A DNA stretch of 64,000 bases from the NCBI GenBank assembly GCA_964195315.1, contig CAXMOZ010000113.1, forward strand, positions 2,873-66,872. Reading direction: 5' to 3'. Shown in pieces: positions 1 to 9,483 of this stretch (the stretch's first letter is position 1; every line of letters begins with the position of its first letter). The DNA comes from an uncultured Acidimicrobiia bacterium. Lineage in GTDB: Bacteria > Pseudomonadota > Gammaproteobacteria > GCA-001735895. The notes beneath the pieces were generated by a model. It had not been told where the DNA came from, did no database searches, and was given only the letters and a program-made list of their open reading frames with translations. Position numbers and translations under genes: made by a program.

Positions 1-676
1 GTAACGAAAAAACGGAAGCGCTATTGGCGTTATAGATAGAAACAGGAATCGATGTCGAAAAGCTAGCATTGGCATTGCCAGGAGTGCCCGCTGCCGCAGT
101 ATGCCCAAGCGTAGTTCTATCCGTGCTAACAGAGGTGATCTGAAAAATGTTAGCGGAAAAACAATTGGTGATCATAGCAATGTCACCAGTTTGAAAAGTA
201 TTATTCGCGCCAACAACAACGGGATTAGTCAGAGGGGAAAGATTGGTAGTAATTGTATTCTGACTGGGCTGAGCACCCCGAATAGTTAGAGTGTCAGCAT
301 TTGCAGCGGTCCAGCTACCGGCTGTGTTTGTTGCATCAACCGAGGGCTCATCTACAAAATCGAAGATAGCGCCAGCTGTAAAATTTAACTGGTTAAAAAG
401 ATAGGGGTTGTCATCAGACAGGTTGCCATCGTTGTTGTCATCGTCCTGTAAGCTGTAGCAGCCCATGAATCCAGCCATTCGAATATCGCTCGCTATGATA
501 TCAAGTGAAAAACGGCCATTTTCCTGAACACGTGCACTAGCATCTGAAAAACGATAGGTGACTTTATTGCCAATAAATACCTGAATAATGCCACCGAGCA
601 AGAACAGGCTAATGACTAAAGCGACCATGATTTCGATTAACGAAAAACCGCTTTGAATTTTTTTAGTATGTCTCAT
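1..676 (-). CDS. pilW: Type IV pilus minor pilin PilW (partial, runs off the window start)
   Basis: Not in the ORF track. My translation from ATG at 676 gives MRHTKKIQSGFSLIEIMVALVISLFLLGGIIQVF..., with a G|FSLIE prepilin site and 'QENGRFSLDIIASDIRMAGFMGC'. It overlaps the pilV stop (ATGA). Confidence 0.85.
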   Translation of the reverse strand, partial: MRHTKKIQSGFSLIEIMVALVISLFLLGGIIQVFIGNKVTYRFSDASARVQENGRFSLDIIASDIRMAGFMGCYSLQDDDNNDGNLSDDNPYLFNQLNFTAGAIFDFVDEPSVDATNTAGSWTAANADTLTIRGAQPSQNTITTNLSPLTNPVVVGANNTFQTGDIAMITNCFSANIFQITSVSTDRTTLGHTAAAGTPGNANASFSTSIPVSIYNANSASVFSL

Positions 677-1167
677 TGTATTGTTACCGAGAAGCAAGTC
701 ATGTTGTCGCTATCTGCTTCTCCGTTGGTGCAATTCGACGTGTCGTTGCCATCGTCCCACATCACCGAAACGGTTAAAAGACCAGCGGTTTGGCTTACAA
801 ACCCTCTCCCCTGAGGCAGATTACGGACTAGAGACTGCCATTCCTTGGCATCGGCAACGACCATTTGTGCCACACTACAAACAGCAGTTTGGCAGTCCTG
901 ATCCGGAAGGTCAGGAGTCGCGTCCTGAGCGAGGGTATCAATGCCGGCGTAAGTACCAAAGGCGCCACGATTGGCATTAATGCGATCGGTCATCTCATAA
1001 CTATACCAGGCGGCCTGGCTATGCCAGTTCGCGCTGGCGCTCTGTTTTAGCGATGTAACTTGTAAAACAGCGATACCGAGCAGACCTATAGAGATAATGA
1101 GCAATGTTATCAATGACTCGATCATCCCCAGCCCGAATTGTCGATTGATCTTGGCACTTATGGGCAT
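673..1167 (-). CDS. pilV: Type IV pilus modification protein PilV
   Basis: Prepilin-like G-LGMIE N-terminus, 'IGLLGIAVLQ', 'MTDRINAN', 'VSVMWDD'; lies between fimT and pilW. Confidence 0.85.
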   Translation of the reverse strand: MPISAKINRQFGLGMIESLITLLIISIGLLGIAVLQVTSLKQSASANWHSQAAWYSYEMTDRINANRGAFGTYAGIDTLAQDATPDLPDQDCQTAVCSVAQMVVADAKEWQSLVRNLPQGRGFVSQTAGLLTVSVMWDDGNDTSNCTNGEADSDNMTCFSVTIQ

Positions 1168-1676
1168 GCTGGATCTGCTCCTCGGCTTACCCGGCCGGTA
1201 ACGGAAAGGGATATAGTTCTTGCAAAGTCGTTAGGATTCGCTCGGTCATCACAAACTGAGATGGTACCGGTATTAGCGCCTGTCGGTAAAAAACCTCTAC
1301 TATCGAAGCTAATAATCGATAACCCTGCGCCGCCTTGATCGTAGGTGATATTGTTTTCTGCGCTCGATTGAATTTTAATGATTTCGTCACCGGTGCCATT
1401 ATTATCATTATCGATTGTGACTATCCAGCCTTCCTCGTAACTACCATTGGTACAGGTGGCTCCATCACTACTAGCACAGATAATAACGGGTTGATTTCGA
1501 CCTACCGCTTTACTGCGAGCTAACATTATGTCTGAGAGTAAACCATTAGTAGCCGAAGTAAGGCGTTCATTCTTTATTGTTTCAGATAGGCTAGGAACGG
1601 CAATAGCCATAACCACGCCGATAATACCAACGACGATCATTAATTCTAATAACGTAAAGCCAGAAGTTTTTTTCAT
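1158..1676 (-). CDS. fimT: GspH/FimT family minor pilin
   Basis: G|FTLLELM prepilin motif, 'ARSKAV..NQPVIICASSDG', C-terminal 'TGRV'. Confidence 0.85.
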   Translation of the reverse strand: MKKTSGFTLLELMIVVGIIGVVMAIAVPSLSETIKNERLTSATNGLLSDIMLARSKAVGRNQPVIICASSDGATCTNGSYEEGWIVTIDNDNNGTGDEIIKIQSSAENNITYDQGGAGLSIISFDSRGFLPTGANTGTISVCDDRANPNDFARTISLSVTGRVSRGADPACP

Positions 1677-1784
1677 GCATGTATCCTAGTGATCTAAAAA
1701 AAATACTTGTGAAAAGAGATAGGATAATAAAAATCGCCGATAAACGGTACTGGCATATCCGAATGAGTTAGAATTCAGGCCGAA

Positions 1785-2516
1785 TTGACACTGCAAACAA
1801 TGAAGACATTAGTAACGATGACAGAAGAATTGAAAGTTGAACGGGCGATTAAAAGTTTTACACGCCGTTCGGGGCGACTGACACTAGGCCAAAAAAATGG
1901 GTTGAAAGAGTACTGGCCGCTTTACGGTCTAGATTTTGAGCTGACAGAGGTTGGAATTAGTCAGGCGATACAGGGCTTTGAGTCGGTGAATCTAGAAATA
2001 GGGATTGGAAATGGCGATGCATTGATCGAAATGGCTGACAGCCAGCCTAAGACTTTTTATATTGGTGTAGAAGTACACACGCCAGGTGTCGGGCAGTGTT
2101 TGAATAACATCGAAAAAAACGCATTGGATAATGCTCGATTGATATCGCACGATGCTATCGAGGTCATGCAGCATATGGTTCCCGCTCAGTCACTCGATAG
2201 AATATTACTTTTCTTTCCAGACCCCTGGCATAAAAAAAGGCATCATAAGCGTCGAATTGTTAATCAGAAATTCCGCGACCTTGCTTTTAAGTGTTTAAAG
2301 CCCGATGGCCATTTGCACTTCGCGACTGATTGGCAGGATTACGCCGAACATATGGTGGAGGAGCTTTCATCGGACGAGCGCTTTTCGAATTGTGGCAATA
2401 GCGATGGTTTTGCGGCGCGCCCTGATTACCGCCCCCTGACTAAATTCGAACAGCGCGGATTAAAGCTAGGCCATGGTGTGTGGGACCTGGTGTTCCAGAA
2501 AGCAGCTACGCTCTAG
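1785..2516 (+). CDS. trmB: tRNA (guanine-N7)-methyltransferase
   Basis: LEIGIGNG SAM motif, GVEVH, FFPDPWHKKRHHKRR, ATDW, TKFEQRG. The true start may be a downstream Met. Confidence 0.95.
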   Translation: MTLQTMKTLVTMTEELKVERAIKSFTRRSGRLTLGQKNGLKEYWPLYGLDFELTEVGISQAIQGFESVNLEIGIGNGDALIEMADSQPKTFYIGVEVHTPGVGQCLNNIEKNALDNARLISHDAIEVMQHMVPAQSLDRILLFFPDPWHKKRHHKRRIVNQKFRDLAFKCLKPDGHLHFATDWQDYAEHMVEELSSDERFSNCGNSDGFAARPDYRPLTKFEQRGLKLGHGVWDLVFQKAATL

Positions 2517-2555
2517 TCACTTTCAACACCCTATGAGTGCATTTTCAGAGCTGTC

Positions 2556-4514
2556 TCAGTCAAAAAGTATGTGCATCATTACCATCATCACTACTAAGAA
2601 TAGAATGCTCATACCAATGCCAGCACGCATAAAGTCGGGTACTCTATAACCGCCGGGGCCTTTGATTAGAGCGTTCACCTGGTGCGTCGGTAATAAAAAG
2701 GAATTAGAGGTGGCGATAGCAACGGTGAGTGCGAATACGGCTGGATTAGCGCCAACGCCAATCGCGATATTCACGGCGAGTGGCACTAACAAGACCGTTG
2801 CGCCGACATTTGACATGACTAAAGTGAAAAATGTAGCGAGTAAGGCGACCGATAGTTGAATCACCCAAATCGGCATGTCACCCACTACTAACAAGGTTTG
2901 CTCTGCAATCCATTTCGCAGTGCCACTGGTTTCAACCGCTAGCCCTAGCGGGATCAAACTGGCAAGTAAAAACACCGTGCCCCATGAGACTGATTTGTAA
3001 GCCTCATCCATTTTGAGCACGCCGGAGATAACCATACCAATAGCACCGGACATCAATGCGACTGACAATCGCAGATCGGTGAATAGAACCATGAACAATG
3101 ACAGTCCAAAAAACAGGGTGGCCCAACCGACTTTATTAGGGCGAGACTCTTCACGTGGATATTCCGATGTAACAATTACAAAGTCACGATTACCCTCTAA
3201 ATGGGCCAGTGCTCTCCAGCTCGTGTGAGCGAGCATGGTGTCTCCGGCCAATAACGGAATATCGCGAATACTGTCTCCTTCGAATTGGGTTTCGCCATCT
3301 CTGTGAATAGCAACCATTGCCATGCCATAGGTTTTTCGCATCCAGACATCACGAGCACTTTTACCGATCAGTGAAGAACCCGGCGGGATAACAATCTCGG
3401 CAATACCGGCCTGATTGGACGATAAAACTTCAGAAAACGCTCGTAAGCCTTTTTGAATCACTAATCCGTAATTATCAACAAAGTCTTTTAGATGGGCGGG
3501 AGAGCACAGAATACCCAGTGTAGCGTCGCCACCAATGTTAATGTCGCGTGATAAATCGCCTCGCCCAGCGCGCATACCGGCGCTGGCCGCTTTCATGGCG
3601 ATAATCCTGATTTTATTTTTGGACTCAATATCGTCCAGTACCTGCCCTACCAGTGGGCTATCCTTAGGAACATTGACCTCGAACAGGGAATAATCGACCC
3701 CATACACCTCTTGCAAAAACTGGCTTGAGCCAGCCACATTAGCCGAGCTGTCGGTCGACACATTCGGTAAAACATATTTACCCGCTACAACGAAATAAAT
3801 GATGCCAGTGATGACTAAGGAAAGACCGATTGGGGTCACAGAAAAAAGGCCCCAGCTTTCCATTTGCTGGTCGGCTGATAGTGCGACGTTAGATGTATCG
3901 ATCAAATCATTCAGTAAAATCAATGGCGATGACCCTACCATCGTCACCGTACCACCTAAGATAGCGGTAAAACCCATGGGCATTAAAAGGCGTGACATCG
4001 CCAATCCGGACCTCGCCGAGATGCGGCTAACAACTGGCAGGAACAAAGCTGCAGCACCGACGTTTTGCATAAACGATGAAATAACGCCGACCGAGCCGGA
4101 AATAATGGGGATGATGCGCCCTTCGGTGTTGCCACCGACCTTCAAAATAAAACCGGCAACTTTGCTCATCATGCCCGTCTTATCAAGGCCTGCGCCAATA
4201 ATCATCACCGCAATAATTGACATCACTGCGTTACTGGCAAAACCATCAAATAGGTGATCGGCCGATACCAGCCCTTGCTCTAAGCCCATGATAGGTGCTA
4301 ACAAACTCGTTAAGCCTAGTAGCACCATAATAGAAATGGCGGTTTCATCAACACTGACGATTTCGAATGAAAAAAGATAGATAGTGAGCAGCAGTAATAA
4401 GCTAACCCAGGCGATTTCAATACTGGGCGTCGATACTATAAGCCCCCAGCCCAGACCAATAAATATCAGCCCTGCGATCCATTTAATATGGTGAGATTTG
4501 TTTAATTTAAACAA
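2556..4514 (-). CDS. SLC13/CitMHS-type permease with two TrkA-C (RCK_C) domains
   Basis: SSFMQNVGA and MSNVGAT hairpin motifs; central 'VPKDSPLVGQ' and 'IPPGSSLIGKS' TrkA-C repeats; 'GPGGYRVPDF'. Confidence 0.85.
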   Translation of the reverse strand: MFKLNKSHHIKWIAGLIFIGLGWGLIVSTPSIEIAWVSLLLLLTIYLFSFEIVSVDETAISIMVLLGLTSLLAPIMGLEQGLVSADHLFDGFASNAVMSIIAVMIIGAGLDKTGMMSKVAGFILKVGGNTEGRIIPIISGSVGVISSFMQNVGAAALFLPVVSRISARSGLAMSRLLMPMGFTAILGGTVTMVGSSPLILLNDLIDTSNVALSADQQMESWGLFSVTPIGLSLVITGIIYFVVAGKYVLPNVSTDSSANVAGSSQFLQEVYGVDYSLFEVNVPKDSPLVGQVLDDIESKNKIRIIAMKAASAGMRAGRGDLSRDINIGGDATLGILCSPAHLKDFVDNYGLVIQKGLRAFSEVLSSNQAGIAEIVIPPGSSLIGKSARDVWMRKTYGMAMVAIHRDGETQFEGDSIRDIPLLAGDTMLAHTSWRALAHLEGNRDFVIVTSEYPREESRPNKVGWATLFFGLSLFMVLFTDLRLSVALMSGAIGMVISGVLKMDEAYKSVSWGTVFLLASLIPLGLAVETSGTAKWIAEQTLLVVGDMPIWVIQLSVALLATFFTLVMSNVGATVLLVPLAVNIAIGVGANPAVFALTVAIATSNSFLLPTHQVNALIKGPGGYRVPDFMRAGIGMSILFLVVMMVMMHILFD

Positions 4515-4807
4515 GCTTTGTCTGTAACCTCTCTCGACAAAAATGGGTATATGGAATTATATTCGAATGGTTGTGGCGCTGTGGGGAGGCCAATATTATG
4601 TATTCTTGAGTTTACACGTATTCTATTAGCCATTCAAAGCCAGACGGCTCGTTTAAATAGTCCAGTTCTACAATTAGATCGTATAATTGAGTTGTTTGAT
4701 TTGGTTGATGCTCTTTATTTAGGGATATTCAGTTCGCCATAAAACCCCAAAAAAGTTAAAATTATGTGGATCAGGCAAACCGACCAGATGGAAACTAAAA
4801 ACAGGAA

Positions 4808-5707
4808 TTGAATATGTCGCAAAAGCATCCAGTGGTTGTTATTACCGGGTCATCCGGAGCCGGGACATCCACCGTGAAGAAAACGCTCATTTCTATTTTC
4901 CAGCGCCAGAAAATTAATCCAGCGGTAATCGAGGGCGATAGTTTTCATAGCTACGACCGAGAAGAAATGCAGCGCTTGCAGGAAAATGCGGCCAGTGAGG
5001 GTGGAATATTTAGTCAGTTTGGTGCCGGGGCTAATCAGTTTGAAAGGCTTGAGCAGCTCTTTAGAAACTATGGCGAAACCAATAGCGGAGAGCAGCGTCA
5101 CTATCTGCATAATGAAGCAGAAGTTGAGCACCATAGCAAACGGTTGGATACAGCCTTTGAATCGGGGCAGTTCACTCCCTGGGAATCACTTCCTTCCGAC
5201 ACCGATCTTTTATTTTATGAGGGGTTGCATGGCCTGGTAAAAACTAATTTGGTCGATCTACCGCGTTATGTCGACCTTAAAGTAGGGGTGGTGCCCGTGG
5301 TCAATTTGGAGTGGATCCAAAAGATACACAGGGATACTACCGAACGTGGTTATAGCGAAGAAGCGATTGTTGATAACATCTTACGCCGCATGCCCGATTA
5401 CGTGAAATACATAACACCTCAATTTTCAGAAACTGATATCAATTTCCAGCGAGTCGCGACCGTGGACACCTCAAACCCATTCGTTGCTCGTGAAATTCCG
5501 ACTCTAGATGAAAGTTTTGTCGTCATTCAGTTTAGAAATCCCAGTATCCGCCACATCGATTTTCCTAATCTATTAAGCATGATTCAAGGCTCGTTCATGT
5601 CGCGCCGAGATACCATTGTTGTACCGGGTGGAAAAATGGGGTTAGCGATGGAAATTATTTTCCCACCAATTATTGCTGAGCTAATGGACCGTCGACGTGC
5701 AAGTTAA
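4808..5707 (+). CDS. prkB: Phosphoribulokinase (proteobacterial type)
   Basis: GSSGAGTS P-loop, GDSFH, YEGLHG, EWIQKIHRD, DTSNPF, VVPGGKM. Confidence 0.92.
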   Translation: MNMSQKHPVVVITGSSGAGTSTVKKTLISIFQRQKINPAVIEGDSFHSYDREEMQRLQENAASEGGIFSQFGAGANQFERLEQLFRNYGETNSGEQRHYLHNEAEVEHHSKRLDTAFESGQFTPWESLPSDTDLLFYEGLHGLVKTNLVDLPRYVDLKVGVVPVVNLEWIQKIHRDTTERGYSEEAIVDNILRRMPDYVKYITPQFSETDINFQRVATVDTSNPFVAREIPTLDESFVVIQFRNPSIRHIDFPNLLSMIQGSFMSRRDTIVVPGGKMGLAMEIIFPPIIAELMDRRRAS

Positions 5708-5710
5708 CAA

Positions 5711-6478
5711 ATGAGATTGATAGATAGCCATTGTCACCTCGATAACGACCGATTCGATCCTGATCGTGATCAAATCGTTGCTCGAGCAAAAGCATGCAAT
5801 ATCGACCGTATAGTCATACCCGCAACAACAGCACAGCGATGGCAAAAGGTAAAACAAGTAAGTGGACGGTACGAAGGCGTATACCCGACTTACGGTCTAC
5901 ACCCGATGTTTATGGCCTCGCACCAGGCACAACATATTAGCGTGCTAGATGCCTGGCTAGACCGAGAAAAACCCATTGCAGTTGGCGAATGTGGACTCGA
6001 TTTTTTTATTGGTCGTGAAGATGAGGCGCGGCAGATAAAGATTTTCAGCGACCAGCTACAACTCGCAAAAAATTACCAATTGCCAGTGATCATCCATGTC
6101 CGAAAAGCGATGGATCAAACTATCAGCCTGCTCCGAAAGTTCGCGCCGCTGACTGGAGTTATCCACAGTTTCGCTGGTAGTCAGCAGCAGGCCGAGCAGT
6201 TAATTGATTTGGGGTTTAAGCTGGGCATCGGTGCCACGGTGGGGTTTGAGCGAGCCAAAAAACTACGCTCGATAGTCGCCACAGTGCCTGAAACTGGTTT
6301 ATTAATAGAGTCAGATGCGCCAGATCAGCCCGGTGCGAATCACCGCGGCGAACGTAACGAGCCGGCCTTTATTATTGAGCAGCTAGCGACGATCGCCTTA
6401 TTGCGAGATGTATCTGAAAATGAACTGGCGCAAACGTTGCTGCGTAATACCAACAACCTATTTGGATTTAAGGACTAA
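5711..6478 (+). CDS. TatD family hydrolase
   Basis: DSHCHL, GLHP, GECGLDF, IIH, IHSF, ESDAP. Confidence 0.92.
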   Translation: MRLIDSHCHLDNDRFDPDRDQIVARAKACNIDRIVIPATTAQRWQKVKQVSGRYEGVYPTYGLHPMFMASHQAQHISVLDAWLDREKPIAVGECGLDFFIGREDEARQIKIFSDQLQLAKNYQLPVIIHVRKAMDQTISLLRKFAPLTGVIHSFAGSQQQAEQLIDLGFKLGIGATVGFERAKKLRSIVATVPETGLLIESDAPDQPGANHRGERNEPAFIIEQLATIALLRDVSENELAQTLLRNTNNLFGFKD

Positions 6479-6480
6479 CG

Positions 6481-6677
6481 GTAGGCCGGAATTCGAAGCG
6501 CCTCCCGGCAAGTTGACCGCGCCTTACTAGCGCCTGATGGCGCTGTGGGCCTGCCTACAGGGATGGGGAGCGATGCGGCGTTCCGATATCAGGGGCGAGA
6601 GCATATGTCCATGGATGGACGGTATTAGAACAATGCAGGAGTAAATGTCGAGGATGCGGTAAGCTTATTATGCCTAC
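6481..6677. repeat. Composite GTAG-type REP element, copy 1
   Basis: Begins GTAGGCCG...CGAAGCGC...CCGGCAAG and ends GCTTATTATGCCTAC. Both ends recur, inverted, at 11746-11885. Lies between convergent genes. Confidence 0.65.
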
Positions 6678-6691
6678 GTTGTTTTCAGGAA

Positions 6692-7456
6692 CTATGGCGC
6701 TATAGCAAACGTCTCATCAATACGGGGCTTTTGACCTGTATCAGGACCGAAGCTTTGTTCAGTAAAACGAATAGTATTTTGATTCGAAAACTTCACCAGA
6801 CTAGTGGCTCGCGTTCCATAATCAGGCATTTTAATAAACCGACTCGATAACAGCCGTTCCTTCTCTAATGGAACACCAGTAGTGGGTAATAGGTTATCAG
6901 GCGGTTGTTGTTCGCTACTCATAATATCGATAAAGGCATCATCATCCGCATCATTGCTGAGAGCCTGTTCGAGCGCTATTTTGCCCGATGCTAACTTGGG
7001 CCAGGCTTCGTCAAAATAGCCGTTACTGACACCGTAAAATCCCGGTGTGAGCTTATGAATGCCAGGTTGGCGGTTGGAGTAAGACCAAAGCTCGTTATTG
7101 TCACCAAGCAGTAAATTGAATCCTGCAAAATCGTCTTGCTGCGTGTTTATTCGTGCTAAAAACTGCGGCACCGACTCTGATCCGGTGAGAAACTCTCGCG
7201 TTAAATCACCACGTGAACGTTTGCTGATTTGTTTGTGACCTGGCTCTCGAATATTAGTCACGGCCGCGAATCGACCTTGGTTGTTGACCCCCATCCAGGT
7301 CCCATGTGCTTCTAAGTCACGACCACCAAATGTGTCTGGCGCATCGTCCCACCAATGCGCGGCTCGAGTTGGGCGGGCGTAAAACTCATCGCGGTTAGAG
7401 AGTATGACTAACGGATAATTCTCGTGTTGAGACAGTGCCAATAGGATTAAACACAT
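6692..7456 (-). CDS. NRDE/TANGO2 family protein
   Basis: N-terminal MCL, NRDEF motif, GGRDL..HGTW, SRG, YGTR. Confidence 0.92.
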   Translation of the reverse strand: MCLILLALSQHENYPLVILSNRDEFYARPTRAAHWWDDAPDTFGGRDLEAHGTWMGVNNQGRFAAVTNIREPGHKQISKRSRGDLTREFLTGSESVPQFLARINTQQDDFAGFNLLLGDNNELWSYSNRQPGIHKLTPGFYGVSNGYFDEAWPKLASGKIALEQALSNDADDDAFIDIMSSEQQPPDNLLPTTGVPLEKERLLSSRFIKMPDYGTRATSLVKFSNQNTIRFTEQSFGPDTGQKPRIDETFAIAP

Positions 7457-7465
7457 CGCTGACGA

Positions 7466-8734
7466 CTATTGACTGCTTAGTTGATCGATTTCGGGCAATT
7501 CCTCGTTGTTGATTGCTGCCTCAAACGAAGATAAGCGTTTGTATACCGACAGTAAATCAACAATCGTTGTCCACGAATTAACCAAGTATTGAAATGAGTT
7601 GCTCACTTGCCCGAAGGCAGTCAAAATTTGTTGCAAGATACCAAAAGTAATAACGCCTGCGGCTATGGTTGGCATCAATAAAATGTAGACAAAAATACCA
7701 TCAGCTTGGAGGTATAACATGCGTGCAACATTGAAGTACATGTAGTGGAAGTATAAGCGGAAATAGTTTTTCCTAACATTCGTAAATAGTTCAACTAATG
7801 TCGCTGGCTGAGCGCGCATTTCATCATCTTCACCATAGACCAGTTCTTTGCGGAAAGCCGCTTCGACGCGTTGATTTTTAAACTCAAGTCCTGGCAGTTT
7901 AATACCAACAGTGGCTAGCAATGTAGTGCCAAATATGGCCCAAAAAACAGCGGCCCAAAATAGAGGCTGAGGAATCGCTCCAATGAATGGCAGTTCGCTG
8001 ACATATTCGGAAAGCGCCCAAAGGACGGGCAAAAATGCAAATAGAGTCATTACCGCATCGACAATAGAAACACCAAGTCCTTCCATGATACTGGCGAAGC
8101 GCATGGTGTCTTCTTGTATCCGTTGAGAGGCACCTTCGATATGCCGAACCTGTTTCCACTGCGCGGTGTAATACTCGTTCATAGCGGTGCGCCAGCGAAA
8201 AATAAAATGACTGACAAAGAAGCGTGTTATCACAAAAAGGAAAATGGCGAGAAAGGCCACTTCAGCAAAGATAAAAATCAAATCGAGTAATTCGCTAGAA
8301 ATAGAAGCGATAGACTCAGCTGAACGATCATTGTCAGCCGCATCAGTGCCAGGTGTCATGAGTGCTTGTTGAACCAGATCAAAAAACGGTCGGCGCCAGT
8401 TATTGATAGCAACCGATACTTGCACAGAAAAATAAGTTGAAAATAAGATAAAAGCAGAACCAACAATCGACCACCACTGCCAGCGATGATTGGCAATTTT
8501 GAACCATACAATTGCAAAAAATGTGGTGCAGACAAAATAGTAGCCATAAAAAAGCAAGAAGGAGTCAGTGACGAAATGGCCTAAACCTATGACTGGCGTC
8601 GAATCAGACAAGTCTAACCCAAAAAACTGGCCAATCTGCTCATTAAATCCATACCAGATAGCACAACAAATCGCGGCATAAATCACCAGTGATGAAAAAA
8701 ACAGTTTTGGGTTTGGGAAAAAGGACTTAAACAT
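7466..8734 (-). CDS. sbmA: Peptide transporter SbmA/BacA
   Basis: MFKSFFPNPKLFF start, FRWRTAMNEYY, HIEGASQRIQEDTMRF, NQRVEAAFRKELVYGED. Confidence 0.92.
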   Translation of the reverse strand: MFKSFFPNPKLFFSSLVIYAAICCAIWYGFNEQIGQFFGLDLSDSTPVIGLGHFVTDSFLLFYGYYFVCTTFFAIVWFKIANHRWQWWSIVGSAFILFSTYFSVQVSVAINNWRRPFFDLVQQALMTPGTDAADNDRSAESIASISSELLDLIFIFAEVAFLAIFLFVITRFFVSHFIFRWRTAMNEYYTAQWKQVRHIEGASQRIQEDTMRFASIMEGLGVSIVDAVMTLFAFLPVLWALSEYVSELPFIGAIPQPLFWAAVFWAIFGTTLLATVGIKLPGLEFKNQRVEAAFRKELVYGEDDEMRAQPATLVELFTNVRKNYFRLYFHYMYFNVARMLYLQADGIFVYILLMPTIAAGVITFGILQQILTAFGQVSNSFQYLVNSWTTIVDLLSVYKRLSSFEAAINNEELPEIDQLSSQ

Positions 8735-9162
8735 AATTTAGGTTCTATTAGTTATGAAAGATGCCTATGAACGGCGACTTTGAAGAAGGTGTAGACCCGT
8801 GATTGACGGATTGATTCCTTGGTTTGATTGATACGACTCATTCAGCCTTTACTGAACTATTGGTCAAAACATCTGATGTTGTCAGGTTACTCAGTGCAAC
8901 CAAAGCTTTAGTGATCATCGATGAGCAGGCTAGAGAAAAGATAGCAGTTTAGTGTGCCTGCTCAGGAAAGTCACTGGTATAGACTGGCGACGCACTAGCA
9001 TTAAAATAATTGCAACTGACAATATCTAAATATCCGCAAAAAAATTATCGATTTACTGATAATTAAGGCTTGACTTAAAAAGATATGCACCGATGACGGA
9101 CTCGATTGATATCTTTTTCATTAGCCGGCTAGGTTGCACTACGAGAACTTTTTGGTAACACC

Positions 9163-9296
9163 TAAGTAATTGATAAATAACGATAAAAATAAAACGGTGA
9201 CTATTTGATCAATTTAACAAAAAGTGAGGATTGGTGCGGCTTCTGGCCTAGTATTTACATTTCATCCACAGAGTTATCCACAGTAAATGTGGATAA
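9163..9296. promoter_or_regulatory. Three-DnaA-box cluster with an IHF consensus site (DARS-like)
   Basis: TCATCCACA 9262-9270, TTATCCACA 9274-9282 and TGTGGATAA 9288-9296. TATCAATTACTTA (minus strand, 9163-9175) matches WATCAANNNNTTR. Confidence 0.7.
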
Positions 9297-9483
9297 CCAA
9301 ATTTATCCTGATTTCTTAGTAGGTTAGCTCACATAGGCTAGAAACTTGATTAGAAAAGCGCGCTATCTGAACCTCGAAATTTATGCATGTTTAAACTGAC
9401 CTGTTGACAAAATCTATTTCAGTACACTGCGTATAAAGTATCATGGCGATGCATACGCCATTCTTCATTCATGAGCCTAAAAA

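Noticed and set aside
7466-8734. sbmA as a sign of a peptide-antibiotic or symbiosis locus
   Set aside because: No precursor peptide or modification genes nearby; sbmA/bacA occurs in many free-living proteobacteria
8735-9483. Replication origin oriC
   Set aside because: Only three clustered boxes, no GATC enrichment or clear unwinding repeats, and no dnaA/gidA neighbours; kept as DARS-like
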